Origin: Octopus vulgaris
Lineage: Eukaryota
NCBI GenBank assembly: GCA_951406725.2
Contig: OX597823.1
Location: 111,104,001-111,168,000, forward strand
Direction of reading: 5' to 3'
DNA length: 64,000 bases
Below the pieces are notes generated by a model. The model was not told where the DNA came from. It did no database searches and saw only the letters and a list, made by a program, of their open reading frames with translations. Both the position numbers and the translations under genes were made by a program. This document shows positions 14,167-29,136 of this stretch, piece after piece. Position 1 is the first letter of the stretch. Each line of letters starts with the position of its first letter.

Positions 14167-14400
14167 GTGGTGGTGATGATGATAGTGGTGGTGGTGGTGG
14201 TGGTGCTAAAATAGTGACAAAATATTATCAATGGGCATAATGATTTGATGCTGCTGCTGATGCTGCTGCTGTTGCTGATAATAATGATGATGATACTACT
14301 GGTAATGATGATGCTACTGCTGCTGCTGTTGATGGTGGTGGCTGTGATTGTGGTGAGGGAGGTGGTGGTGGTGGTGGTGGTGGTGGTGGGGAATGAAGGT
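13745..14400. repeat. (GAT)n/(GGT)n/(GCT)n compound microsatellite
   Basis: Read directly. Confidence 0.9.
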
Positions 14401-14619
14401 GGCAATCAAGCTGGTGATAGAAAGCAACATTAAAAGACATGCAAAGTTTTTGGTGACATAAAGACGGCATTGGAACGAGTTTAAGGTCAGATTTAGAGGG
14501 TAGAGCTACGTCCAAAATGGGTGAAAGCTGTGACATGTATAGAACAGGAAGAACTCAACGTGCAACATCACTGAACAGAATGAAAATTACATAGAAAGAA
14601 AGAATAAATTATAAATAAA

Positions 14620-14681
14620 AATGTTTATATATGTGCTTACATACATACATGCATACATATATATATGTGTGTGTGTGTGTG

Positions 14682-14730
<49 letters not shown>

Positions 14731-14940
14731 GTATATGTATATACATATATATATATATATGTATATGTGTATATATATATATATATATGTGCATATATAT
14801 ACATATATGTATATATGTATATGTATATGTGTATATATATATGTATATGTATATATATATATGTATATGTATATATATATGTATATGTATATATATATGT
14901 ATATATGTATATGTATATATGTATACATATACACACACAC

Positions 14941-15000
<60 letters not shown>

Positions 15001-15580
15001 GTGTATATGTGTGTGTGTGTATAAATATACAACACATGTATAATAGATACATATATATCTGTATGTACATACATACATACATATACATAGACATACAAAC
15101 AGACAGAGTGAGAAGCTCATATTCACATACGCAATATCCACACATATATACATGACAATTTAGTATATATGTGTATAATACATGCAAAAATAGAATAAAA
15201 GAAAGTAAATTCGTCATCTTTTCACATCTTCAATATTTTTACTTTGTAACATAAGGCATAGTCTTTCATTTGTACTGCTTCTTCAACCATCTCAGTCGCA
15301 CACTGGAAACTATTTATACGAAATTTGTACAACATGGTTACACATATAAATATAATGTGATATTTAGGTGCAGACATGCAGGCATTTCTTCAAATTTCCT
15401 GTATGTAACCATGCACTCACACATATACCCTGGGAGCAAACACATTATCTAAACTTACATATAGCTCTCTAGTAGTCAAGCAGTATATATATATATATAT
15501 ATAAATATAAATATGTGTGTGTATGTGTATATATGTATACATACATATATTTATATATATATGTATGCATATATATATGT

Positions 15581-15611
<31 letters not shown>

Positions 15612-15955
15612 TACATATATATATATATATGCATATATACATGTATATATATACATATATATATGCATATATATAAATGTATATATATGCAGATATATAT
15701 ATATATATATATATTCACATATTCACATGTATTTTTATTTATCTTTATATATATACACACACACAATCATATATTTGTGTGTATGTGTGAGTGTATATGT
15801 ATATAATATATATATATATACATACATATGTGTGTGTGTGTGTGTTTGCATGTGTGAGTCTACACACATGCCCGCACACATGCACACACACACATGCATA
15901 TACACATACATTATATACATATTTATACACATACATGCACACCCACATATATATT
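14620..15955. repeat. Two (TA)/(TG)/(CA) microsatellite blocks separated by about 300 bp of unique DNA
   Basis: Read directly. Confidence 0.9.
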
Positions 15956-17137
15956 GCAAGTTGCAAGGAGAGGCTAAAAGAAATACCAATATTTTCTTTC
16001 ATTTTCCATTGCATCAATTTAGGGCTGAAATATAGTAAAAATAAGAAGGGATAAGGTAAAAAAAAATACAAGAAAAAATCACAATCACACAACAAAAACA
16101 AAATATCTATAGAAATCATATCAACTCTACCAACAAAATATTAGGCATAAACACATTGGCTATCACTAGAAAAACAAAGGCAAAGGTTACAAAAACGAAA
16201 ATGTTTCATTATTTTCATCATCATCATCATCATCATCACCATCACTACCACCACCATCACTACCATCACCACCGTCATCACCATTATCATCATCATCATC
16301 ACCATAATCATTGATATCATCAGAAAGACTATATATGGTAGCAGGGCAAAAAAATAAAAGTAACGTCAAGATTTTTACCTGTATGAAATTCATCATCTTG
16401 CTTAGCCTTGTCAACGTCATCCGTGACAGTAACATCGTCAGCAACATCAGCATCTTCGCAATCATCATCATCATCATCATAATTTTAAACATCCTCATCA
16501 GCATAATCATTATTGTCTTTATCTTATCTTCCCCGTCATTACATTCACCACACCCAACCTCTTAATCAACATCATCTTCACCGTTTTAATTCTCACACAC
16601 AATATTTCAGTAATAAAGATTTTCACATCCATGAGCATCTCCAACACTACAATCTCAATCATCAAAACTACCACACAAACTAGCACTTCTTTCCATTGTC
16701 AACACCACAGTGCCAACACCAGAACCACCACCCCAGTCACAGTTACTAATGCCAACACTGTCGTCAATATATCCTCCAACAACCTCACTAAAATTACCTC
16801 TACTACTATCATTTCTTCTATCTTCCCCGCAAAAATCACTTCCATCAACTCTGTTACAACCATGATGCTATGACAACCATAACTGCTACCATCACCAGCA
16901 TCAACACCAATACCAACAAAGCAGCAACATTAACATTACCTGCCACTGCCAACTTCGTCAGTACAACTGATGCAGTAATTCTAAATTCTCAAGAAACTAC
17001 AAATTCTACAAGCAGGACTAGAACAACCAATGAACTGGTTAATGAAATGTCATAACATGACAAATGATTGTAAAAAATATGAATTAAAAGCAGTTGAGAA
17101 CCTGGATATGTAATAACAAAAGCTGAGCAATGAAAGC

Positions 17138-17611
17138 ATGCATAAGATCTGGTCATCAAATCTAAGTAGAGACTTCAAACTTGAAATCCTCAAAGCCGCA
17201 GTCGAACCAATTCTACTATATGGCTCAGAAACCTGGACGTTATCAAAGAAGCTTGAGAGGCGGTTGGATGGAACCTACACTCGCCTCCTTATGAGAGTTC
17301 AAAATCTCTTGTGGAAGCGTCATCCAACCAAAGTACAAATATATGGGAAACTACCACCTGTATCATCTCTTATGAAAGGTAGGAGAGTCCAGTTTGCTGG
17401 ACATTGTTGTAGAGCTGAAAACGAGGCAATTTCTACTCTTCTCCTCTGGAAGCCATCTACTTGCAATACCAGAGGACGCACACTCTCCTACCCTGATGTA
17501 ATCTCCAGGGATACAGGCATCCAGCAACAGGACCTCCGTAATGCCATGAAGTCTGGCGCAGCATGGTAAATTCCATTGTCTCGACCACAGTCGAACAATG
17601 ATGAATGATGA
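17138..17611 (+). mobile_element. 5'-truncated RTE-like LINE 3' end
   Basis: ORF 17138-17569 EPILLYGSETWTL..RRLDG..RRVQFAGHC; ends in atgatgaatgatga. Confidence 0.9.
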
Positions 17612-17779
17612 AGGAATTGCCAAATGAAACAATAACAACCAAAAACATCTTAATAAAGCAACATGTAGTCAATGGAAACAATAGCCATATATAAAAGAAT
17701 AAATATATTTTAATGAATATAAAACTAGTCAAATTGAATAATCGAACCTTAAAGGTAAGAGGACTTGCATATGGAATGT

Positions 17780-18120
17780 ATTAGTTTGGTGCTTGGTAAA
17801 GGTGGAAAAAAAGAGAGGGTTTTTGACGTTTCAAGCATAGCTCTTCATCTGAAAGGAAAAGGGAAAAGTCCAGAGAAGGAAAAATATCGCCCACAGCATG
17901 TATGTGGTTACATAGGGGAGGTAATTGAAAGTGGAAAGAGATAGAGGAAGTGGTTTTCTGGGGACAGAAGAGTGCAAAGATGGCTGGTGTATGTGCGTGG
18001 TTGTGTTTTTGTGAGTGATATATGTATATAAAACTAGCCTGAAATACCACAGGAAAACCAGTTCCTTTGATAATTGCATTGGAAGATACTTTTCTACAAG
18101 CCTTTAAAAATATATTAGGG
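17780..18120 (-). mobile_element. Penelope-like terminal (pLTR) remnant with a degenerate minimal hammerhead motif
   Basis: Minus strand 17851-17821 reads cagatga-a-gagc-tat-gctt-gaaac-gtc. Confidence 0.5.
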
Positions 18121-18206
18121 TTTTAGATGAAGCATAAATTGTAGGGTTTATAATTCAGTGGTTGATTCTGAGTCAAACCATTGCAACATCCAAGACACCT
18201 ACAAGC

Positions 18207-18925
18207 TCATTATAATCATTGTTCGACCGTGGTCAAGACAATGGAATTTACCATGCTACGCCAGACTTCACGGTCCATCATAGCATTACGGATGTCCTGT
18301 AGTTGGATGCCTGTATCCCAGGAAATTACATCAGGGTAGAAGAGTGTGCACCCTCTGGTATCGCGAACAGATCGCTTTCAGAGGAGAAGACTAGAAATTA
18401 CCTCGCTTTCAGCTCTACAACAATGTCCAGCAAACTGGACTCTTCTACCTTTCACAAGAGATGACACAGGTGGTAGTTTCCCATATATTTGCATTTTGGT
18501 TGGATGACGCTTCCACGAGAGATTTTGAGCTCTCATAAGGAGGCGAGTGTAGGTTCCATCCAACCGCCTCTCAAGCTTCTTTGATAACGTCCAGGTTTCT
18601 GAGCCATATAGTAGAATTGGTTCGACTGTGGCTTTGAGATTTCAAGTTTGAAGTCTCTACTTAGATTTGATGACCAGATCTTAGGCATATCATTACAGGC
18701 TGACCAAGCCATACCCTTTCTAGTTAGAAAATCTTTGTCAGATGATGATATATATGACCTAAGATATTTGTAATCAGAAACCATATTTAAGAGCGTATTG
18801 TTGAGAGTATGGATGATGCAATCACTGTTGCACAGGCATTTGTTTACATATTCAGTCTTGGCCTCATTTAGGTAAAGACCTACACAACTTGAGGCTTGTT
18901 CGAGAGATTGTAAAAGAGACTGCTA
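18207..18925 (-). mobile_element. RTE-like LINE, same family as 17138-17611, inverted orientation
   Basis: ORFs 18533-18784 (DYKYLRSYI..RKGMAWSAC) and 18378-18563 are near-identical to the plus copy. Confidence 0.9.
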
Positions 18926-18934
18926 CTTTTGCCC

Positions 18935-19420
18935 TAGGCATGACTCTACCACTTTCACTGCTTTATTTGCCTTTCATTCCTCAGTGCAATGATAGCTATG
19001 ACTTCTTCTAGTTATTGCAGTCCTCATACTGTACTTCTCCATCTTAACATAAATTCTTTCGTAGAATCATTGGATGAGAGCTAGAATGTGTTGATGATCC
19101 CATACAGTGCTGCACTACTGAAACTGCAGGCTAACCCCCAATCACTGTGGAGAAAGTTATTGATCTTCCTTATGAGGGATTCTACTGCTATTAACGGAAA
19201 CATGTAAGCCAGCAGAAGTATAGGCCTTTGGGCAAGATAGAATGGTGCTAAATCAAGGCTTTGAATTTGCCATGTATGTCTCACTTGCTGATCTTAGTCA
19301 AAGTTTATGGCCTTTCTTATGGCTGTAGATTCTTTTAAACCCTAGTGTAAATGCTTCCCTAGATTCTTGACTGGTTGCTCTACGATGGAAGGAACTGCAA
19401 CTGAATGAACTGAGAAGAAT
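18935..19420 (-). pseudogene. HERO-like (RLE-type) LINE RT thumb fragment
   Basis: PSIVEQPVKNLGK..HGKFKALI..ESLIRKINNFL..WGLACSFSSAALYG resembles the HERO consensus EKPVKSLG..PGKFKAW..ERKI...RRWLGLP.SLSS.ALYG (consensus from memory). Confidence 0.65.
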
Positions 19421-19641
19421 TTGTCAACAACTTTCACCCTCTTCTGCACTATGGTTCTTGATTTAGCATGCTTAGGACTCATCCTTGCCCTGGTGATAAG
19501 TATATGTATTTACATTAATGTTGGAAAAATTGTATTTACATTGGCAATGGGTGTAAAAATGCTAACTATTCACAGAAAATATCCAAGGTGGATATGTGTC
19601 ATTAGGAATGAAGTGGAAAAACAAAGAATATGATTGTTTTG

Positions 19642-20056
19642 TTACTCTTTACTCTCTTTTACCCTTTTACTTGTTTCAGTCATTTGACTGTGGCCATGCT
19701 GGAGCACCGCCTTTAGTCGAGCAAATCGACCTCAGGACTTATTCTTTGTAAGCCTAGTACTTATTCTATCGGTCTTATTTGCCAAACCGCTAAGTTACGG
19801 TGACGTAAACACACCAGCATCGGTTGCCAAGCGATGTTGGGAGGACAAACACACACACAAACACAAACACACACACACACACATATATATACGACAGGCT
19901 TCTTTTCAGTTTCCATCTACCAAATCCACTCACAAGGCTTTAGTCGGCCCGAGGCTATAGTAGAAGACACTTGCCCAAGGTGCCACGCAGTGGGACTGAA
20001 CCCAGAACCATGTGGTTGGTAAGCAAGCTACTTACCACACAGCCACTCCTATGCCT
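19642..20056 (-). mobile_element. SINE family B, full length
   Basis: tRNA-like head (minus ggagtggctgtgtggtaag..ggttcagtccc), central (CA)n, (taaaagag)n tail. Confidence 0.9.
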
Positions 20057-20729
20057 TTATTTAAGATTTTTTTAAGAATTGTTTTTTTTTTCTTCATTCA
20101 GCTGCTTTGAAACACAGCTTCAAAATATTCTGAAGCCTAACATCTCAAAATGTTCATTCAATTAACAACTTCAAATAAGGTAAGTTCTCTAGAACGGTGA
20201 TTATATGGCTCATAGTCAAACCTAACCTTCTAAACTAAAGTGAATTCTTACATCTATGTTCTTTATTCATTCTGATACCAACAATGATTTGAATCCTGTG
20301 AAATTGAGTGTCCTTATGAGACCAAACTGCAAAATGCTTACAATGAATTTGAACTTGTCACTTATGAGTCAATGATCCATTCTGACAGTCATTCAAGTTT
20401 TTCTTCTGAGACTAAACAATAAATGACAAACAACATTCAAGAGTTGCCAATATAAAGAAAACCTAAAAAATATAAGACAAAAAGAAACCAATCTCTACAG
20501 AGTGCAACGTGTCTGTAATTACATAATGATTATTAAAAATGGATGATAATACAAGACGCTGGACAATAAAACAACTTTCCATTCTCTGATATAATTAGAA
20601 GTAAAGCCATCACACTTAAGTAAAAACGGAAATTACAGAAAATAACTGGTTAATGATTACAAAATCAAGAAACATAGGAGGGTTCAATTTCACTGTTTCT
20701 TTATTTTTATTAATTTCTTTATCATTATG

Positions 20730-20950
20730 AAAGGCAAACAGGTGGCAAGGTGGCGGCATTGTTAGAGCATGTAAAAAATGCTTTGCAATATTTTTCTCCA
20801 CGCTTTGCAATCTGCATTCAGATCCTACCAGGATCAAGTTTTTACCTTTCCTCACACTAGGGTCGATGAAATAAAATATCAGTCAAATACTTGACTCAAT
20901 TGTATTGTCTTATACTCTCCCTCAAAATTGCTGGTCTTGTACCTGAATCA
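20730..20950 (+). mobile_element. SINE family A, old degenerate copy
   Basis: ..tttttacctttc..gggtcgatgaaataaaatatcagtcaaatac..ccctcaaaattgctggtcttgtacct. Confidence 0.6.
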
Positions 20951-21774
20951 GAAGTTTCTAGTATCTGGGGCCAATTTGACATCATTCTGAGATTAAATCC
21001 TAATGAGATCAATTTTCATTTCCTATTTCCAGAGTTGAAAAATCCTGCACCTGCTAAATACTCTGAGAGATTTCAACCACTTTTTTTGATCTACTGTGCT
21101 TATGTAAGAAACCAATATTTTTATTCTATTGAAAGATGAAACTAATCTTTTCCTCAGTACAAATCCTGGTGAAATGATCTCTACTCTATCATTCTGTGTT
21201 TGATAAAGTAGAGGACCGGGCGATTTGACAAGACAGTCAGTCGCCTGCTGACACTCGTTGATGCCACATCGAAGAGGCCAGGGGTCAGAAGAAAGAAGAC
21301 ATGCACCCAACACCAGAACTGAACACACCTCCGAAAGGATGGGGCACACCACGTCAAAACGGTAGAGGAGTAGGGGTCGAAACCAGATGTGGTTCCTCCT
21401 GATGATGTCTTGAGCTAACTGGATCCTATAAAGGAGCTGTTGTGGTAGCAAACCATGAAACACGGTTGTAATTCCTCAGCTAAAGATTCCCCATTCCCCA
21501 TGAAAAATGTGATTAAATGGTAAAATTAGAATCCATTGATGCTGTTCTTGTTCTTGGAATTGGGAGAGTACTGGGCACTTAAATGTGTGAGTGGGCATGG
21601 CTGGATTTGTATATGCATATGTGCATTCACATGTGCACATGCACACATTACATTAAGTTTTCATACTGTGGAAGTGAATTTTACTACATTGTTCATCAGA
21701 TGGAAACCAAGATTAATCTTAATACTGATAATGATAAGAAAGCGACACATTTCATTGATGTTATTTTAACGCCC

Positions 21775-21915
21775 ATAAATTCCGCTGAGTTCAACTTTGC
21801 CTCTTATCCTTTTGGGGTTGGGAAATTAAGTACCAGTTGCATACTGGGGTTGATCTAGTCGACTGGCCCCCACACCCAAAATTTTGAGCCTTGTGCCTAG
21901 AGTAGATAAGATTAT
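21775..21915 (+). mobile_element. SINE family A, 5'-truncated, tail type 2
   Basis: aaattccgctgagttcaactttgcc..ccttgtgcctagagtagataagatt, same tail as 8470-8520. Confidence 0.8.
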
Positions 21916-22855
21916 TTTAATGCTCATGCACTAAGAAAAGTGAGAGGGACATAAGTCTTTCTTAAGTAATTGTTATTTGTTTGAGGTAATTTGCCTCTCT
22001 TAAATTAGCTAAAGACTTGATGAAAGTGTTAAATGCTGAATGATAAAGAAATAAATCATCTGTGTCTATGCCTGCTTTTATATTTTCTATAGGCTTAATA
22101 TAAGTAGTGTTAAATTTGACTTCTCTGAGCTTAGTTGTCTCTTTTGAATGAATATAATTCAAGGGAGATTTCCTTTATTCAAAAGGAAAAAAATCATGTG
22201 AAAGTATTTAAATTTTTTTGATGTATCTTTAAGGTTTATGTTCATTCAGTCAGGTCACATCATATATTTTCAATATTTTGAAATCACTGAAAAAGCTTTT
22301 GGAAAAGATCTGTCTTTATTGAAAATATTTGATCTAACCTTTAAGCTGTATGGCTAACCATATTCAAATAAGTAAGAAGATTTATGGTTTCTATACATTT
22401 TAAAGTTATACAAAGATGAAGATATCACCATTATATTTTTCACCATCACCACAATGGTCCAGCCATCTCACGAATTCCGTAGTAAGGTGCTCCTCTAATA
22501 TGAAACATGAAGTTGAAGGAGTTAGAGTCGATTATTAGTGCCACTACCTGACCAAGTGCCTTCAATAATGATGGCAAATTGTAGTATTTTATATATAAAT
22601 AAGGTATAGAATAAGGTACACAATAATCACACATACAAACTTTCACATACTTCCTTTGTACACGCTCACAGATATACACACATACTGATTTTTTTCACCC
22701 CTTCCTCCCTTATTCATCTATCACTTCTTACTTTCTCCCATCGTCATTACTTTCACTCACTCCCTCTCAGTCAGGGCTATTACTCTCACTACTTCTCCTT
22801 CCCTGAATTACTATTTTCTTTCCTGCTCCACATCTGGCATGATCTTAGACAAATA

Positions 22856-22925
<70 letters not shown>

Positions 22926-23002
22926 GGTGTGATGTATATTAGGATTTGATGAATTGCATGGGGACTTCTATCTCTAAATAACATATATATATATACACAT
23001 AC

Positions 23003-23083
<81 letters not shown>

Positions 23084-23181
23084 TCAATATAAGGGTAGCA
23101 AAAAATTCAATAGAAATTTTTTTGGCCACCAGCGGTCCAGTGAGAAAGAATAAATAGTCAATAGACTATATAATATACATT

Positions 23182-23483
23182 CAACAATTAAGGAATGGCT
23201 TTAATAGGCCATTCAACTCACTAGAACGAGCAGCTAGACTCAAACCGCTAAATAGTAGTAATTCAGAAATCATAGGAAAATTAAAAACATTTACCCTAAT
23301 CATCTTTGGACAATGCATTGTTTCGACGTACTTTTTGGTAAACCAGCCTAATCAAATTAAATTAAATTTAATCAAGTCAATTTACCACTGGCTCGTCTCA
23401 TCGGCAAAGAAGCCAGGAGGTTTGAGTCTAGCTGCTCGTTCTAGTGAGTTGAATGGCCTATTAAAGCCATTCCTTAATTGTTG
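23182..23483. repeat. Perfect 65-bp inverted repeat with a 172-bp spacer, between (TA)n tracts
   Basis: 23182-23246 is the exact reverse complement of 23419-23483. Confidence 0.95.
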
Positions 23484-23487
23484 TATG

Positions 23488-23539
<52 letters not shown>

Positions 23540-24005
23540 AATATATAAAAACACTGCTCTCATTATTATATTAGGGGATAGTAATAATTATTTTACTCAA
23601 CTATATGTATTGAATACTCTCATTTTGCTTGTGACGACACCTATGATTTCATATACATAGAAAGAAAAAGGGAGGAGAAGAAGGAGTGACAGTGGGAAAG
23701 CACTTGGATAAAAAATTAATAAGTTAAAGAAAAGACAAATAAGGTGTAAAATTATACAAACAAAAACATGTTTCCATTGCAGGCATCGTGGGAAAAGGAA
23801 GTTGGATCATAAGATAGTAAGAGCAGAAGTAGTAAAACAAACGAGTGATATGAGGAGTAAATGGAGAGAGAAGGTCAGAGAGGGGACAAGAAAGACATGA
23901 GAGCAAGAGAAGGGAAGGGAGGGATGAATGAAAGGGAGAAGGGGAAGCAAGACTGAGACAGAAAGGGAAAGAATATTCTTAAGGGTGTGTATGTATTGCA
24001 ACCAA

Positions 24006-26030
<2,025 letters not shown>

Positions 26031-27325
26031 GCGTGGGTAGCTTTATGTATACAGGAAAGACGAAAGTCTAGTTTATTATTTAGTAGATTTTGACTATTTG
26101 ATCTCTTTAAAATTCCAAACAGCTTCAAGCAGCAAAGTCTTCAGGCACCTATATGTTCCGATTGGCTAAAATTACCCAAAATTTGCAAACTTTAAAAGCT
26201 ATTGACTCTTTATTCATTATTTATGTTGAAAACGAATTTCATACCAAAGTCGTGACTAACGAATTTCATGCCAATGATTACTGTACAAAACTACATCAAC
26301 TCACCAAATATGCGATGAATTGGAACAAAAACTAAAGAAATTGAAAAGTGGAAGCCAAACAGAATAGCTCCCTTATATAAATATGTGTACTTATTGTAAT
26401 GCTAAATCAAATCTATGCGTCTCGGTTAAGTACACTTTTGCTCATACCTCAATATATCTATTTTGAGTTTTTTCTACATTTGTCCCTATGCATTTCTTCT
26501 GTTGCTAATATTATTAAACGTTTGACATTTTACCTGTACTTTGCCTATCAATGTTTATTTCTTCATGCTATAAAGATCAGAGAATCTTGCGATAGTTTCT
26601 TTTATTGTTTTTGCCTCTTTGTAAACCTGTATCTTCAATATGTTCCTGAATTCTTGATGCACTTGCAACCACTGGTTTACATAATCGTGCTGCTATAATT
26701 GTTGTTACAGCTGCTGTTGATGGCAATGATGATTAAAGATAAAATACGTGTATTCTCCAATATCCTTATGATTACCAAACTAAATATAATCTCAGAGTAT
26801 AGCACAATTGCACGAAAATTTTCTTTGATTATATTAGTTTCCTTTGAAAAAAATTCTTTAGAATACAAGTTAACACATTTGTAGCTTGATTTTTTTTTAT
26901 ACACGTGTGTTACACATTCATATCTATGTGTATACGTGGGTATAAATGTGTAGAATACATCCCCACTGTTGGCACTATTTTGCTAGTAAACAGTACGAAC
27001 TGTGTCTAAAGTATATATGTATTACTACGCCGAATGTTGACAGTTCGTGTAACAAGAAAAAGTAAATAAACACGTAAAATAATAACAATGCCTTCATTGA
27101 GTTGTCTATCAGCCCATCGAGAACGAATAATGTATAACTAAGTGTATCTCGGTTTTTTTGATTGGTAATAACTGTTTCTCGTATTTAATGAATCAGTAAC
27201 ATTCTTTATGTAACTCTCAATGACTATTACTGACTATTTTATTTGATGCATATAGGACAGCATGGGATTAAAAGTTCCCTTTCAACTACATGGCTTCACA
27301 TTAATAGTGCTATAAGACATCTTCG

Positions 27326-27745
27326 GGATCTTTTCGGTTTGAACGGCATTTTTTTCTAGTGATGTCATATGAAATTGTCACCCATAATTATGAACCTAGT
27401 ATCGATCTATTGCATTTCAATCTGTTTCAGAGTTAGTTAGGGTTAGGGGTGGGGGAAAGGGTATCTTTTTTTCTTCACAAATGTAAATAAACCCAATCTG
27501 TTTCTTAAATGAGGGACATATTCATACGGCACAGAATGTGTTTTACCTCAATAGACGTATTTGATTGGTTGAAATTGCAGAAATTGAAGAAAAAAAACAA
27601 CAAATATCTTAGAAACTATAGAATTTTCTCAATAGAGCCAAGAGAAAAAGATGTTTTATAAACACATTCTACCAGTATACGAAGTTTAAAGTTTTTAGTT
27701 ACCTAGAAATTATGTTAAAAACTGCCGTTCAAACCGAAAAGATCC
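27326..27745. mobile_element. Second copy of the same MITE, inverted, no TSD
   Basis: Same TIRs; interior is the reverse complement of 25323-25739; flanks catcttcg and gcaggcgt differ. Confidence 0.9.
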
Positions 27746-29048
27746 GCAGGCGTATTCATAAAGTTTAGGATGTAGCACCGGTAGCTTTGGTCAACATTAC
27801 CAAATATGATGCCCGTGTAGTACCTTTGTTGTATGAAGAAACAACGAGAGACAAAAGAACCAGTGTGTGCTTATGCTTGCTGTGAATACGACAAAAGGTT
27901 ACAATAAATATTTCATCCAAACTAAATTTTTCATATGTCAATTAGTAGAACAGAAAAATTGAAGTGAAGTGAATAGGAAACTGAATGTAAAAATTTTCGT
28001 TTTATGAATTATTCAAAATTTGAAAAACTTTGTTGAATTTACAAGTTAGTAAAAGAAATGTATGTCTAAATATGTTTGAAAGCTTGTGTAGTGAGGCTGC
28101 AGCTTGTGAAAATATTTTCTATGTGATGGAGTCTGTATTCTACTGAGAAAAATTGACGCGCTTCAATTTGTAGCAGTCGGAAATGGAAAGAGTCAAATAG
28201 TAGCTACATGCTTACTATTGTGAAGCTGTGGCTATGATGACGACAAGAGTGATAGTAAACAGCCGGACAGAATATACGAGTTGAGTTGCAATCGAGAACT
28301 TCAGCTTTAATCGTGGCCATAAAAAACACAGAAGTGGAATAGAGTTGATGCTGAAATTGCTGGTATGATGACGAGCAATGATGAAAAAAAAACTATTCTT
28401 CAAGGTTCGTCGTGAAAATGTAAATCACTTGCTTGCCAGAGATGGCAATACAGACTTCTGTTCGTTTAGTGTTCTTTTGTTGGTGATAAAAACAGTATGA
28501 TGGTATGTGTTTGTCAAAGTCGTGATTCGTTGTACTTATTTGGTTGTGCCACAAAAATAGTTGGTGTTTTAAACGTGCAAAGGGAGATGTTTTTCTACAG
28601 GAACAGGTACAATATTTACAGATTCAAATTCATTCAGCCAAACATATGTCAGGCAGTGAGATTAGCTGGATGAAAAGTTCCTTTTGAAGAAGGTATTAGT
28701 AACTGTGAGCTATGATATGGTTATATAATAATGAACTTCCGTTCGTGTGCTCGAAGTTCACGCATTCTGTTGAGGTAGCTTGTGTGGTGCAATGGAACGA
28801 AAATCAAATTAAGTTGTGGTTAGCTGTTGTTAACAGTAAGGCAATGAGAAGCAGGCTTAACAGTATCAAAATCATAGCCTGTACAGTTAAAGGCAGTGAA
28901 CCCGGTTTGCAATAAACCACAAAGCGATTCACATTGATCACCAATATTTATTAGTTGTTATTATGCCTAAATGGTGAAGATGTAATGATATCCCGAGAAC
29001 GGAAGAAAAATTTTCAGCCATAATTTAACAACACTATGGATAATAAAT

Positions 29049-29136
29049 GGAGGTAAAGAATACGCACACCACCCGTTTTCGGCATAGCCCTAACCCTAAA
29101 CGCTGAAAACGGGTGATGTGCGTATTCTATACCTTC
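29049..29136. mobile_element. 88-bp foldback mini-MITE with a telomere-like loop
   Basis: 32-bp arms 29049-29080 and 29105-29136 with 3 mismatches; loop contains ccctaaccctaa. Confidence 0.75.

Noticed and set aside
14228-14536. 102-aa minus ORF with poly-Pro and poly-Ala, resembling a transcription-factor N-terminus
   Set aside because: The low-complexity half comes from the (GGT)/(GCT) microsatellite; no recognisable domain, and it ends in a stop inside repeat DNA
16631-17055. Thr/Ser-rich mucin-like ORFs
   Set aside because: Decayed (ACC/ACT/AAC)n trinucleotide sequence broken by a stop and frameshift
27750-29000. Possible decayed DNA transposase between MITEs
   Set aside because: No catalytic motif recognised; BLASTX against TE proteins would be needed
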